Positions 20,854-30,555 of a stretch of 64,000 nt of DNA are shown in pieces (position 1 is the first letter of the stretch; every line of letters begins with the position of its first letter). The notes below the pieces were generated by a model. That model made no database searches and was not told the origin of the DNA. It saw only the letters and a list, made by a program, of their open reading frames with translations. The stretch is from Obrimoposthia wandeli. Its lineage: Eukaryota. The position numbers and the translations under genes are program-made. The stretch is from the NCBI GenBank assembly GCA_977020255.1, contig CDROCS010000107.1, positions 1 through 64,000 of the forward strand. The letters run 5' to 3'.

Positions 20854-21834
20854 TTAAGGCTTGTAGTTTGAAAGAATAGCGGTGGCTGTTTCGCCAGCTG
20901 CGCTCTTCCATTCATCAGTCATTTTTGTGCCTATTTCTTTCAGGTCCTGTAATAATTGTCCTTCAGCTGCTTGGGTTTTCATGCCATTAGCAGCCAATTG
21001 GCTAATGTACCAGTCAGAGAGTTGCTGTGCTTTGGCTGTCCCCGCTTGTTCAGCTAACATTGCCATACCTTTGACAATGCTTTGGGTGCTAGTATCTAAG
21101 TCATCCCATGCATCTTTATTGACGAAAATATAGTTGCGCGGTAGCCAAGCGTTAACATCGTAGAAATGTGTTAGTTGCTCCCACACCTTGCGGTCATAAC
21201 CCGTAGAGCCAGAGGAAATCATTGATTCAACAACACCTGTTGCCAGCGCTTGAGAAAGCTCAGCAGCTTCTACTTGTACTGGTTGCATTGCCATCAATTC
21301 GGCGAGCCTAGCGGTGGCGGCATTGTATGAACGAAACTTAACACCAGCGGCATCTGCTTTACTATTAACTTCTTTTTTGAAGTACAATCCCTGCCCAGGC
21401 CAAGGCACTGAATAGAGTAAAACTAAGTTGTCATCAGCCAATACTTTCTCTAATTCAGGACGTGCCGCTTTCCATAATTTGATGGAGTCTTCAAAAGAGG
21501 ACGCGAGAAAAGGTACTGAATCGAAGGCGAATACTGGGTTTTCGTTGGCGTGAGCTGAGAGTAAGCGCTCACCGATTTGCGCTTGGCCTGTCTGGATAGC
21601 GCGTTTTATTTCTGAGCCGCCATATAGTGATCCGCCACCGTGAACAACAATATCCAGCTCGCCTTGAGTGGCCACCTTAACTGCGTCGGCAAACAATTTA
21701 GCATTTTGAGTATGGTAGTTCGTATCGGAGTAGGCCATAGGCATATCCCACTTTTCGGCTTGGGCCAGTGGGGCTATCATGCAGGTGGCAACGGTAGCAG
21801 TGAGCAGGCGGTGGAGTTTTCCAAACATGGGCAT
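20854..21834 (-). CDS. dctP: TRAP substrate-binding protein (DctP family)
   Basis: Signal peptide, HGGGSL, GVKFRSY, ALATGVV. Confidence 0.93.
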   Translation of the reverse strand: MPMFGKLHRLLTATVATCMIAPLAQAEKWDMPMAYSDTNYHTQNAKLFADAVKVATQGELDIVVHGGGSLYGGSEIKRAIQTGQAQIGERLLSAHANENPVFAFDSVPFLASSFEDSIKLWKAARPELEKVLADDNLVLLYSVPWPGQGLYFKKEVNSKADAAGVKFRSYNAATARLAELMAMQPVQVEAAELSQALATGVVESMISSGSTGYDRKVWEQLTHFYDVNAWLPRNYIFVNKDAWDDLDTSTQSIVKGMAMLAEQAGTAKAQQLSDWYISQLAANGMKTQAAEGQLLQDLKEIGTKMTDEWKSAAGETATAILSNYKP

Positions 21835-21881
21835 ATCCTTTTATTAGAGTTATTTATAGATCTACATATAAAATACTTTGA

Positions 21882-21904
21882 ATTGCATTGCAATACAATG
21901 TATT
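21882..21904. promoter_or_regulatory. Two overlapping 13-bp palindromes, candidate IclR operators
   Basis: ATTGCA-T-TGCAAT (21882-21894) and AATACA-A-TGTATT (21892-21904) in the short divergent gap between dctP and iclR. Confidence 0.45.
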
Positions 21905-21941
21905 AATAAAATGCCCATTACCACAAGGTAGTAATAGATAA

Positions 21942-22706
21942 ATGAGTGAAGAACGCAGTGATCCTCTCTATGTTCAAAGCGTAGAGAAGGCCTTCAAAGT
22001 ACTTGAAATTTTTAATGCCGAGCATCGTGCATTGTCGCTGCGTGAAGTGGCGTTATTGACCGGTTATAACAAAAGTGCGGCACAGCGGTTTTGTCACACC
22101 TTAGTTAAACTCGGCTACTTACGGCGCAATGCAAATAATAGTGATTTTGAGCTCTCAATACGCACTACAGAAATAGGTGCGAGGTTTGTCCAATCCAATA
22201 GTTTATTGCGTCGTGCGCGGCCCTATTTGCACAACTTGTCTAATAAAACTCAAGGGGCAGTGACACTGTCCATACTGGATGGCGCCGATGTTGTATTTGC
22301 CTCGCGCTTTCTAGGAGTGGATGTATTAGAGGCGAGTGTGACTGTGGGGAGTCGCTTGCCGGTTTACTGCACAGCATCTGGAAGAGCCGCTGCATCACTG
22401 CTAAGTGATGAGCAATTAGATAAGGTGCTCGACCAGCAGAGTTGGCTTGCTAGAACAGCCAAAACGCTGGTTGACCGCACGGCGGTTAAAATGCAAATTG
22501 AGCAGTGCCGCGAGCTTGGTTATGCATTGGTCAGTGATCAATACGCAATGACCGATCTCTCTTTGGCTGTACCACTGTTTGATCGAGGAACAAACGTTTG
22601 TGCGGCCATAAACCTAGCACTAACCACGGCGAATCATCGTGAAGAAGATGTAGTGGGGCAATATGCAGCGCTGTTACAAAGTACTGCGAGAGTGATTGCT
22701 CATTAA
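21942..22706 (+). CDS. IclR-family regulator
   Basis: VQSVEKAFKVLE HTH; GSRLPVYCTASGRA effector domain. Confidence 0.93.
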   Translation: MSEERSDPLYVQSVEKAFKVLEIFNAEHRALSLREVALLTGYNKSAAQRFCHTLVKLGYLRRNANNSDFELSIRTTEIGARFVQSNSLLRRARPYLHNLSNKTQGAVTLSILDGADVVFASRFLGVDVLEASVTVGSRLPVYCTASGRAAASLLSDEQLDKVLDQQSWLARTAKTLVDRTAVKMQIEQCRELGYALVSDQYAMTDLSLAVPLFDRGTNVCAAINLALTTANHREEDVVGQYAALLQSTARVIAH

Positions 22707-23386
22707 TGTCTATGAGAAAACGCATCTGCGAGCCAGTGGATTGCATCCACTAGATCAAATACAGGTAGGCCAAACGTTTCTCGCAGTCGCGCCTTGTAGG
22801 GTGATAAATTAGTACACTCAAGTAAAATACAGCGAGCACCTGCAGTAACTAGGGGAGAAGCTGCAGTCATGACATCCTCACTCGCTTTTTGCTCATTTAG
22901 CGTGGTTAAATCCCCTTTGATAACGGGGTGTAGCTCCGTGCCGTGCTCAATGCCGCTGATTAAAATATGCTCATCATATAGCCCGTTGAAGTGAGCCGGT
23001 GTCAGCTTAGTGCTATCAAACGTTAGAACGCCCACTTTGGCTGTCAGGCCAAATACTTGGCGTAAAAATGGCATCAGGCTGAGTGAGCTGGCGAGGAACG
23101 GGCTGTTTATATTATATTGTACTTGTCGTTGCACAGGTGCTAAGAACCCACAGCTTGTGGTAATTATATTGGCACCTTGCTGTTGTAATTGCTCTGCGGC
23201 GTCGATGACATCATTAATCAACTCAGGGGCTAGTTGGGCCACCACAATGTTAGCAACATTAGCGCTTTCTAGGGTGAAAATCTGAGCTGGATAACGATAG
23301 CTTTTTAGATTGCCAATATCCCCTTCAGGGCGAGGGAAGTGTGTATTGAGCATGATGATGCCGATGTTCGGTGCAGTATAGGCCAC
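22703..23386 (-). CDS. Aspartate/glutamate racemase-family protein
   Basis: FPRPEGDIGN, ITTSCGF and LLECTNL, with two catalytic-type Cys. Confidence 0.85.
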   Translation of the reverse strand: MAYTAPNIGIIMLNTHFPRPEGDIGNLKSYRYPAQIFTLESANVANIVVAQLAPELINDVIDAAEQLQQQGANIITTSCGFLAPVQRQVQYNINSPFLASSLSLMPFLRQVFGLTAKVGVLTFDSTKLTPAHFNGLYDEHILISGIEHGTELHPVIKGDLTTLNEQKASEDVMTAASPLVTAGARCILLECTNLSPYKARLRETFGLPVFDLVDAIHWLADAFSHRH

Positions 23387-23570
23387 TATTATCTTCCCGT
23401 GCGATGCATATAAAGAGAGAGTCGGGCATACTCGCAGTTTAAAATAAGTGAGTCAATGTACATTAGGACGCTGATTTACTAAGCCCCGGTTTATTGGAGT
23501 AATATGGTTTTTTTATCGTTGCGCTCACAATTTTCAGTTGGCCTCATAGAAATAAGAGTGATTAGTTTAA

Positions 23571-24386
23571 ATGCCTGAATTACCTGAAGTTGAAACTACC
23601 TGTCGCGGTATAGAGCCCCATGTTAAAGGTCATAGTGTTGAAGCGGTGATTATCCGTCAAGGGAAGCTACGCTGGCCTATTCCTGATGATTTACCTGCGT
23701 TAATTGCCGGTAAAATACTACTGAATGTGAAACGTAGGGCTAAGTATATTTTGCTCTGCTTCGATAGTGGGGAAGTAATTATCCACTTGGGTATGTCAGG
23801 TAGCCTGCGTGTATTAAGCTGGGATGCGCCTGTACTAAAACATGATCATTTTGATATACAGTTCAGTGCAGACGTCACATTGCGTTTAACTGACCCTCGC
23901 CGATTTGGCTCAGTGTTGTGGCAGGCTAAGGGGACAGAGCTCTCAATACTTGCCAATTTGGGTCCTGAACCTTTAGAAAAGGAGTTCACTCTAGAGGGCT
24001 TTATCGGTGCCGCGGCAAAGCGGAAAACCACGATTAAGCAGTTTATTATGGATAACAAAGTGGTGGTGGGTGTCGGTAATATCTATGCTGCAGAAGCGCT
24101 CTTTGCCGCCGCCATATCACCAGTTAGCCCTGCCAATAAAGTTAAAAAAGCTAAGCTCGAAAAACTCTACCAAGCGATCAAATATATTTTGGGTGCGGCC
24201 ATTACCCAAGGTGGGACCACATTGAAAGATTTTGTTGGTGGGGATGGAAAGCCGGGTTATTTTGCTCAGGAACTACAAGTGTATGGTCGTAAAGGTCTGT
24301 TGTGTAATGTTTGTAGTACTGAGCTGATAGAAGTGAAATTGGGGCAGCGTTCGACTGTTTACTGCCCTAAATGCCAATGTGGTTAG
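23571..24386 (+). CDS. mutM: Formamidopyrimidine-DNA glycosylase
   Basis: N-terminal PELPEV, H2TH GVGNIYA, C-terminal Zn finger. Confidence 0.98.
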   Translation: MPELPEVETTCRGIEPHVKGHSVEAVIIRQGKLRWPIPDDLPALIAGKILLNVKRRAKYILLCFDSGEVIIHLGMSGSLRVLSWDAPVLKHDHFDIQFSADVTLRLTDPRRFGSVLWQAKGTELSILANLGPEPLEKEFTLEGFIGAAAKRKTTIKQFIMDNKVVVGVGNIYAAEALFAAAISPVSPANKVKKAKLEKLYQAIKYILGAAITQGGTTLKDFVGGDGKPGYFAQELQVYGRKGLLCNVCSTELIEVKLGQRSTVYCPKCQCG

Positions 24387-25123
24387 TAGGAGTCGTCTTT
24401 AGCATCTGCAGCCGCTTTGGCTTCAATCGCGGCTTGTATCGCTTGCTCTTGAGCCATTTTTGCTTTGATGGCCTCTACGTGACTATGTACCGCGTAAACT
24501 TGGCTGTCCAACGCTTCGCTCTGATTAAGTCCGTCCAGTGACTTAAGTACACTTTTAAATTTATGGAAGGCTGGGCCTATACCATGAAGTTTTTCTGTCT
24601 CTAATGCATCAAAGACTTCTATGTCACAAGAGACTCGGTCATAAAAATCTTTGGTTTGCCAACCCAGTTCGTTAAAGGCAGCTTCTGTGATTTGTTTCGA
24701 TTTACTCAAATCGGAGAGCCAGGCAGTCATCTCTTTGAGTTGGCCGAGTGCGTGATAAACCTGCCCTGTGTCCTGATAGACACTCATTGAGCCTTGTGGG
24801 TGAACGGTGGTGATTAATTTGTTTTTAGATTTTTCCTTAAAATTGGCGTGTGCTCGTCGAGTTTCCTCACTGGTATCGACAGCTTCTAACTTATGCCACT
24901 TATTTAGCAGGAATCTAGAGAGAAAATCGTGAATTTCCTGAGACATAAACATTTCAGGCAATGACGAATACATGTGAAGTCCCTGACGAATTTGGCTTTT
25001 TAGCGACATTATTAGTAATTTGCGCGCCCGCTTGTTCTCTTCAATCCGTTGAATAGTAAAGGCGATAGAGCCGAGAATGACAATGATAGCTAGGATTAGT
25101 AATCCAGTGTTTGTGGGGCCCAT
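24383..25123 (-). CDS. Membrane-anchored helical hypothetical protein
   Basis: 246-aa ORF with one N-terminal TM segment then helical/coiled sequence. Confidence 0.75.
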   Translation of the reverse strand: MGPTNTGLLILAIIVILGSIAFTIQRIEENKRARKLLIMSLKSQIRQGLHMYSSLPEMFMSQEIHDFLSRFLLNKWHKLEAVDTSEETRRAHANFKEKSKNKLITTVHPQGSMSVYQDTGQVYHALGQLKEMTAWLSDLSKSKQITEAAFNELGWQTKDFYDRVSCDIEVFDALETEKLHGIGPAFHKFKSVLKSLDGLNQSEALDSQVYAVHSHVEAIKAKMAQEQAIQAAIEAKAAADAKDDSY

Positions 25124-25686
25124 TTACTGCTCGCTTCTGGTCGAATGATGAAAATATTTTCCCGCCATACTAACCTAATAAAAGCAAAGTGAACACTAGG
25201 TATCCCTGAACAAGTTGTGCAGTCTCTGGTAGGTAATGAAGCATTGAATTTTGAATAGGGGGCAGTGGGCATAGAGATGTTGTTCTAAGCTTTTGCTAAA
25301 AGTTTAATATCCCCTGACCAGAGCTTTGTAGATAAGAAACACGTCCTTAAGCCGATGCTTCGTAACTACAACAGAAAATACACCAAACTATATTCCCACT
25401 CTTTCAATTTATGGAGCGTAGTAGGGGATAAAGGGAAAAGCTGGAGATGGATGCATTACTCTTTGCAAAAAGTCGTCTCTCATTCCAAGAGAGAAGCTGC
25501 TAGATTTGTGCTTATCTCGCAGGTTGGGGTTTAGCTTGGTTAGCTTATTGTCGATTAATATGAGAATTATGAGACATATTGTGCCGGTGAATAAGTTGAA
25601 TTTGGTCGATAATTGAGCGTTGGCGTACACTCTTTAAGCAAAGATAACTGTTTGAAGTATAAGTTGATAGTTTTTATTAAAAACAC

Positions 25687-25714
25687 TTGACCCAGATTTT
25701 TGTTTAGCTATAAT
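25687..25714 (+). promoter_or_regulatory. Sigma70 promoter of tRNA operon 1
   Basis: TTGACC-16 nt-TATAAT followed by a GC-rich discriminator. Confidence 0.75.
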
Positions 25715-25753
25715 TTGCACCGCGTTTGAGCAGACATGCTCTGACGCAGTGTT

Positions 25754-25829
25754 GTCCCATTCGTCTAGTGGTCTAGGACACTGCCCTTTCACGGCAGTAA
25801 CAGGGGTTCGAACCCCCTATGGGACGCCA
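25754..25829 (+). tRNA. tRNA-Glu(UUC) copy 1
   Basis: Cloverleaf, CTGCC-CTTTCAC-GGCAG anticodon arm, CCA end. Confidence 0.97.
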
Positions 25830-25834
25830 TTTAT

Positions 25835-25910
25835 GCGGGAATAGCTCAGTTGGTAGAGCGCGACCTTGCCAAGGTCGAGGTCGCCGGTTCGAACCCGGTT
25901 TCCCGCTCCA
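25835..25910 (+). tRNA. tRNA-Gly(GCC) copy 1
   Basis: GCGGGAATAGCTCAG...CTTGCCAAG...TCCA. Confidence 0.97.
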
Positions 25911-26017
25911 ATTGCAAGATTGGAAATAGAACGTGATCTATTTAATGAAAATTGAGTGGTCAATTAGAACATTGTTCTCGTTTTAGTTTTTACATTAAGT
26001 TTATGCTTAATGCGTAC

Positions 26018-26093
26018 GTCCCATTCGTCTAGTGGTCTAGGACACTGCCCTTTCACGGCAGTAACAGGGGTTCGAACCCCCTATGGGACGCCA
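26018..26093 (+). tRNA. tRNA-Glu(UUC) copy 2
   Basis: Identical to copy 1. Confidence 0.97.
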
Positions 26094-26098
26094 TTTAT

Positions 26099-26174
26099 GC
26101 GGGAATAGCTCAGTTGGTAGAGCGCGACCTTGCCAAGGTCGAGGTCGCCGGTTCGAACCCGGTTTCCCGCTCCA
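26099..26174 (+). tRNA. tRNA-Gly(GCC) copy 2
   Basis: Identical to copy 1. Confidence 0.97.
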
Positions 26175-26281
26175 ATTGCAAGATTGGAAATAGAACGTGA
26201 TCTATTTAATGAAAATTGAGTGGTCAATTAGAACCTTGTTCTCGTTTTAGTTTTTACATTAAGTTTATGCTTAATGCGTAC

Positions 26282-26357
26282 GTCCCATTCGTCTAGTGGT
26301 CTAGGACACTGCCCTTTCACGGCAGTAACAGGGGTTCGAACCCCCTATGGGACGCCA
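26282..26357 (+). tRNA. tRNA-Glu(UUC) copy 3
   Basis: Identical to copy 1. Confidence 0.97.
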
Positions 26358-26362
26358 TTTAT

Positions 26363-26438
26363 GCGGGAATAGCTCAGTTGGTAGAGCGCGACCTTGCCAA
26401 GGTCGAGGTCGCCGGTTCGAACCCGGTTTCCCGCTCCA
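26363..26438 (+). tRNA. tRNA-Gly(GCC) copy 3
   Basis: Identical to copy 1. Confidence 0.97.
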
Positions 26439-27103
26439 ATAAATGATCCACTTAATCTGTAACCTTTCATCTCTGTCGTTAGTCTGATTAACGATAATCT
26501 CTTGCTCGAACGCTATTATTTCAATCATATTAATTCCGTAAAAAGATCATGTCGGCATCGTTTTTCCTCAGCGTTTTTCGTGTTTTTTTATTACTGTGAT
26601 TTACCGTGCATGATTATATTTTAGGGTATAGGTTCTTAAGCGTGAAAGCCGCGATGTCTGCTTGGCTTAGTATCTAGGATCTTTGTTAATTAAGAATGGT
26701 AGAAGCTGTTGATCAGTCGATTTTCGGCTCTAGTAGCCGTGCCTTCTCTTTTATACCTAAACCGACTCTATTTATCACCTGCCCATCAATAGCGCGTTTA
26801 TTATTTAAAGAGTAGTGCTATGAGCGCTGGATATCTTTGAAGCAGCGGGGCACATGTCATGGCTATAACATAACGGGATAGAACGGACTGTACAAAGGTT
26901 TGAAACGAAGGGAATCCTATCGGTAGCAAGTCGCTTTTAAGCGGCGAATAGGGATAATCAGTGATGCCGAAGTGAGTCGTTGTTTTGTTGTAAATTGGAC
27001 AGCTGAAATCGATCATTTTTCTGTCAATGACAACGCCGATCTAGTGTGTATTTGGCAGGCAAACGACATATTTAATAAATAGCATTATTTGTATAATATT
27101 CTG

Positions 27104-27132
27104 TTGACAACTAACGCTGCACTCCATATTAT
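27104..27132 (+). promoter_or_regulatory. Sigma70 promoter of tRNA operon 2
   Basis: AT-rich upstream tract, TTGACA-17 nt-TATTAT, GC-rich discriminator ACGCGCC. Confidence 0.8.
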
Positions 27133-27158
27133 ACGCGCCTCCTCAACGAGGAATAGAC

Positions 27159-27234
27159 GTCCCATTCGTCTAGTGGTCTAGGACACTGCCCTTTCACGGC
27201 AGTAACAGGGGTTCGAACCCCCTATGGGACGCCA
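27159..27234 (+). tRNA. tRNA-Glu(UUC) copy 4
   Basis: Identical to copy 1. Confidence 0.97.
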
Positions 27235-27239
27235 TTTAT

Positions 27240-27315
27240 GCGGGAATAGCTCAGTTGGTAGAGCGCGACCTTGCCAAGGTCGAGGTCGCCGGTTCGAACC
27301 CGGTTTCCCGCTCCA
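27240..27315 (+). tRNA. tRNA-Gly(GCC) copy 4
   Basis: Identical to copy 1. Confidence 0.97.
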
Positions 27316-27413
27316 ATTGCAAGATTGGAAATGAAACGTAATATCGCTAATTGAAATTCAATTGGCATGATAATCTCGTTTAGATCTACATTGGGTATAT
27401 ACCTAATGCGTAC

Positions 27414-27489
27414 GTCCCATTCGTCTAGTGGTCTAGGACACTGCCCTTTCACGGCAGTAACAGGGGTTCGAACCCCCTATGGGACGCCA
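27414..27489 (+). tRNA. tRNA-Glu(UUC) copy 5
   Basis: Identical to copy 1. Confidence 0.97.
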
Positions 27490-27683
27490 TTTTTCTTCAT
27501 GTATCTTCTGATTTTTTTTACTTTCCCTCTCTAAATCATTAAAAAACCTATACTTTCCCAGTGAAGCTAAATTTTATAGTCGCTCAGCCGATATAGTTCT
27601 CGGTGATCAAATATATTTTATAGTGCATTATTTTGCTCAAAAAAGGGGAGTATTACTTGGTTGAACGTTTAATAAACAACAAA

Positions 27684-29687
27684 ATGCGTCCCTTTCTCAG
27701 CATTCGCTGGAAATTGTTTTTAGTGGTAAGTTGTCTGTTAGTTTTGGTGCATCTTGTTTTCACTGTGATTTTTATTAATTATTTAAATCAGCATGAGAAA
27801 GATGAGCGTTTTATTACCAAGCAACAACTGATTACCCAGCTCGATAGAAGTATTTCATTGGAATACGAAGTACTACAGAGTAAAGCCAATACGTTGCTTG
27901 GAGATACTCTTGTCTCTGCTACCCCATTCACCGATGAAGTCGTACAGCAGCTCTCCTATAAATTTGATCGATTGGCTCAGACCGCTGAATTAGACAATTT
28001 AACGTTATTGACCCACGGCCAAATCATTGCTCAATCGGGAAGTGTTAACCAAATACCGCAGAGTATCCTCTTGCGCGCCCTAGAAACCAATACCAGTATT
28101 TCCGGGACATATTGTGACATCGTTTGTAGTCTGTATGTTGTTCAACCTAGTGTCGTTATTAATAACAGACCTATAGCGATACTAGTACAGCGCAATCTAT
28201 CCTCCATTGTCAGTGCGTTTAATCGTAGAACCAGCGTCGATATTGGCGCTTTTAAAGCCATTGCACACAGTGCTGACTTCAATGAGTGGAACAAGCAGGG
28301 CTATAGTTTTAGCCACCCTGATTTGACGATCCCGGTGTTGGTTAGGCTATTGGCTAAAGAGGGTACTCTTTCGCTACAAGGGGAGTATCAAGTTAAGGCA
28401 TTTGGCCGAGAGATTGATGTTAATTTCTTTTCGGCATTCTTGGGAACCCATGAACCGCTAAACTGGGTGATTCTCGAAGATAAAACACAAGCGAAAAAAT
28501 TACTTAATGCTTGCCTGCAAGCTCTATTATTGAGTGTTTTGGCAAGTTTCTTTGTCAGTTTACTGCTCACGTTACTCATTGTTAATCGCTTCTCTTTACA
28601 GTTTCCGCGTATTCTATCTAGCTCAGAATCGATTGATTTGGGACCCACTGCTGACGGTACAGTAAACTACCGTCAGAATACTAAAATATTAGATGACGAG
28701 TTACAGCAGCACGATCGTCAATTAGCACAAATTCGCCACAAAATGGACCAACTAAAGCAAGCAGAAACCAGTAATGCAATAAAACTGCAATCAATGATGA
28801 GAGAGCTTAATCAGGCCAAAAATTTCATTGAACGTTTAATGCATAACGATGAAACAGCTATTTTGGTACAGCAACTAGGCGGCGAAGTTATTGCAATGAA
28901 TCAGCCGGGCTGTGCGCTTTTCGAAGTAGAAGACTATAGTGGCATGACGTATGCCGAAATATTCTGCTCTGATCGTCAGGAAGAGGATGGCCTTGCCGCG
29001 TTAAATTATTTGTATTTAGGTGGCGAAACTTTAGTCAAGGCAGAAGCTCAATGGTACAACAGTAAAGGAGAGTTGTATGTCCTGTTATGGGTGCATTCTT
29101 TGTTATGCGTTCCAGGGACCATTGATCCTGTTATTTTATCGGTGTGTGTTGATATTACAGAACAGCGCAAAGCGGAAGATCGACTTGAATGGTTGGCATT
29201 TAATGATCCCAATCAGACCCATGGCAACAAGCAATTGTTTTTAGAAGCGCTGCCATTTGCGGTATCAAGGTCGCTGGAAAGGCACAAGATATTGGCTTTG
29301 CTCTATTGTGAAGTGACGGAACTACCAGTGGATATTGCTAATTCGCCAATGCTGAAAGAAGCAGTGATAGAGCAGTTTAAAGAGCGATTATCAACGAGTT
29401 TACGCCAGTACGATATGTTGACGCCTCTCAGTGATGAGCACTTCGTCATTGTGCTTGAAGGGCTCAATGATAAGTTCGACGCGAAGATGGTGACCGATAA
29501 AATATTTTCCAGCTTTAATGAAAGCTTTGAGGTGGAACAGGTAAGTTATACCTTTGAAGTAATAATAGGGGCGAGCTATGCGCCTGAGCACAGTGATAGC
29601 GTGCCACAACTACTGCGTAATGCTGAAATGGCAATGTTCCAAGCCAAGCGTGAAGGGGTTGGTTTTTTGGAAGCGAAGGTAGAGTAA
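27684..29687 (+). CDS. Membrane sensor with periplasmic domain, PAS and degenerate GGDEF domain
   Basis: Two TM segments, PAS-like end VLSVCVDITEQRKAE, GGDEF-fold remnants (AFNDP; LLRNAEMAMFQAK) with SDEHF at the active site. Start placed at MRPFLSIRWK. Confidence 0.85.
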   Translation: MRPFLSIRWKLFLVVSCLLVLVHLVFTVIFINYLNQHEKDERFITKQQLITQLDRSISLEYEVLQSKANTLLGDTLVSATPFTDEVVQQLSYKFDRLAQTAELDNLTLLTHGQIIAQSGSVNQIPQSILLRALETNTSISGTYCDIVCSLYVVQPSVVINNRPIAILVQRNLSSIVSAFNRRTSVDIGAFKAIAHSADFNEWNKQGYSFSHPDLTIPVLVRLLAKEGTLSLQGEYQVKAFGREIDVNFFSAFLGTHEPLNWVILEDKTQAKKLLNACLQALLLSVLASFFVSLLLTLLIVNRFSLQFPRILSSSESIDLGPTADGTVNYRQNTKILDDELQQHDRQLAQIRHKMDQLKQAETSNAIKLQSMMRELNQAKNFIERLMHNDETAILVQQLGGEVIAMNQPGCALFEVEDYSGMTYAEIFCSDRQEEDGLAALNYLYLGGETLVKAEAQWYNSKGELYVLLWVHSLLCVPGTIDPVILSVCVDITEQRKAEDRLEWLAFNDPNQTHGNKQLFLEALPFAVSRSLERHKILALLYCEVTELPVDIANSPMLKEAVIEQFKERLSTSLRQYDMLTPLSDEHFVIVLEGLNDKFDAKMVTDKIFSSFNESFEVEQVSYTFEVIIGASYAPEHSDSVPQLLRNAEMAMFQAKREGVGFLEAKVE

Positions 29688-29812
29688 CCCCTCTGGAAAT
29701 GTCAGAAGGGTTGTATGGCGTAACTAGGCATGCTGTCAGACTTGGTCTGTCGTAGTTAGAAGGGTGGCCAAATTCTGTTTTTCACAGCGATGCTGTTCAA
29801 TCCATTGAGCTT

Positions 29813-30220
29813 CTAATGTAGTTGAAAAACTTTGGCCCGCTCATCAGGGTAATTGAATTCTGTACCCGCTTGCTGTGCTAAATGGTGGCGCTCGTCTAAT
29901 AGTTGAAATAGATCAAGTTCTTCATCCGGCATGTAGTGCAGGCAGTCACCACCAAAATACCAAAGTAGATCTCGTGGCAATACAGGTACTAGTTCTGGGT
30001 AGGCGCGAACCCAAGTGCAGCAGAAATCTTGTCCGGACTCAATGTAGCCACTATTTAGCTGTTGAAAATCAACAATTAGCTGGACAAAACTTTCTAAGAA
30101 TTCTTGATCTTGTAAACTGATCAATTCATGGTTAAAAGGTTGCATCTGCATTATTTGATTGTAAGTCTGTTGCATCAGTTCAATATGGAATGTTTGGTAG
30201 CTATTCATGGGAGTGCTCAT
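29813..30220 (-). CDS. PA2817-family protein
   Basis: GQD...YPEL...PRDLLWYFGGDCLHYMPDEELDLFQ.LDERH signature. Confidence 0.85.
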   Translation of the reverse strand: MSTPMNSYQTFHIELMQQTYNQIMQMQPFNHELISLQDQEFLESFVQLIVDFQQLNSGYIESGQDFCCTWVRAYPELVPVLPRDLLWYFGGDCLHYMPDEELDLFQLLDERHHLAQQAGTEFNYPDERAKVFQLH

Positions 30221-30555
30221 CGCGATAAATTAGCATATTCTAGCGTTTTACGTCTCTGCTTGCATGCGATTGCCGTTTTTATCTATGCTTCTTAGCCTTG
30301 AAATTTTGTCACATCGCCCAAATAAACTAGATTCTTCTCGCTTTGTTAGGAGAACTTATTTTAACGCTGTTTAGGCGTAGCTTGAATACTACTAGATTAC
30401 ATTTCGAATTTTTCAAAAGGTCACTAACCTATTAGATTGATGTTTATAAGCATTAAGCTAGGCTTGCGTTGTGTGATAGTTACCCTTGTGAAGGGTTATT
30501 TATTTAGAAAACTATAAACCAATACTCTTTTATTACTAATTTCTCAGGTGTCAAT

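Larger units (their letters stand above)
25754..26438 (+). repeat. 264-bp tandem repeat unit (Glu-Gly-spacer), ~2.6 copies
   Basis: Units start at 25754, 26018 and 26282; the two 107-nt spacers differ at one position (25971 A vs 26235 C). Confidence 0.95.

Noticed and set aside
22703-24386. 4-bp convergent stop-codon overlaps (iclR/racemase, mutM/hypothetical)
   Set aside because: Common arrangement in compact bacterial genomes.
26439-27100. ORFs between the two tRNA operons (e.g. 26801..27016)
   Set aside because: Short, no RBS, no protein-like signature.
25754-27489. Regular repeats that might look like a CRISPR array
   Set aside because: The repeats are full tRNA genes with a 264-bp period and near-identical spacers; no cas genes.
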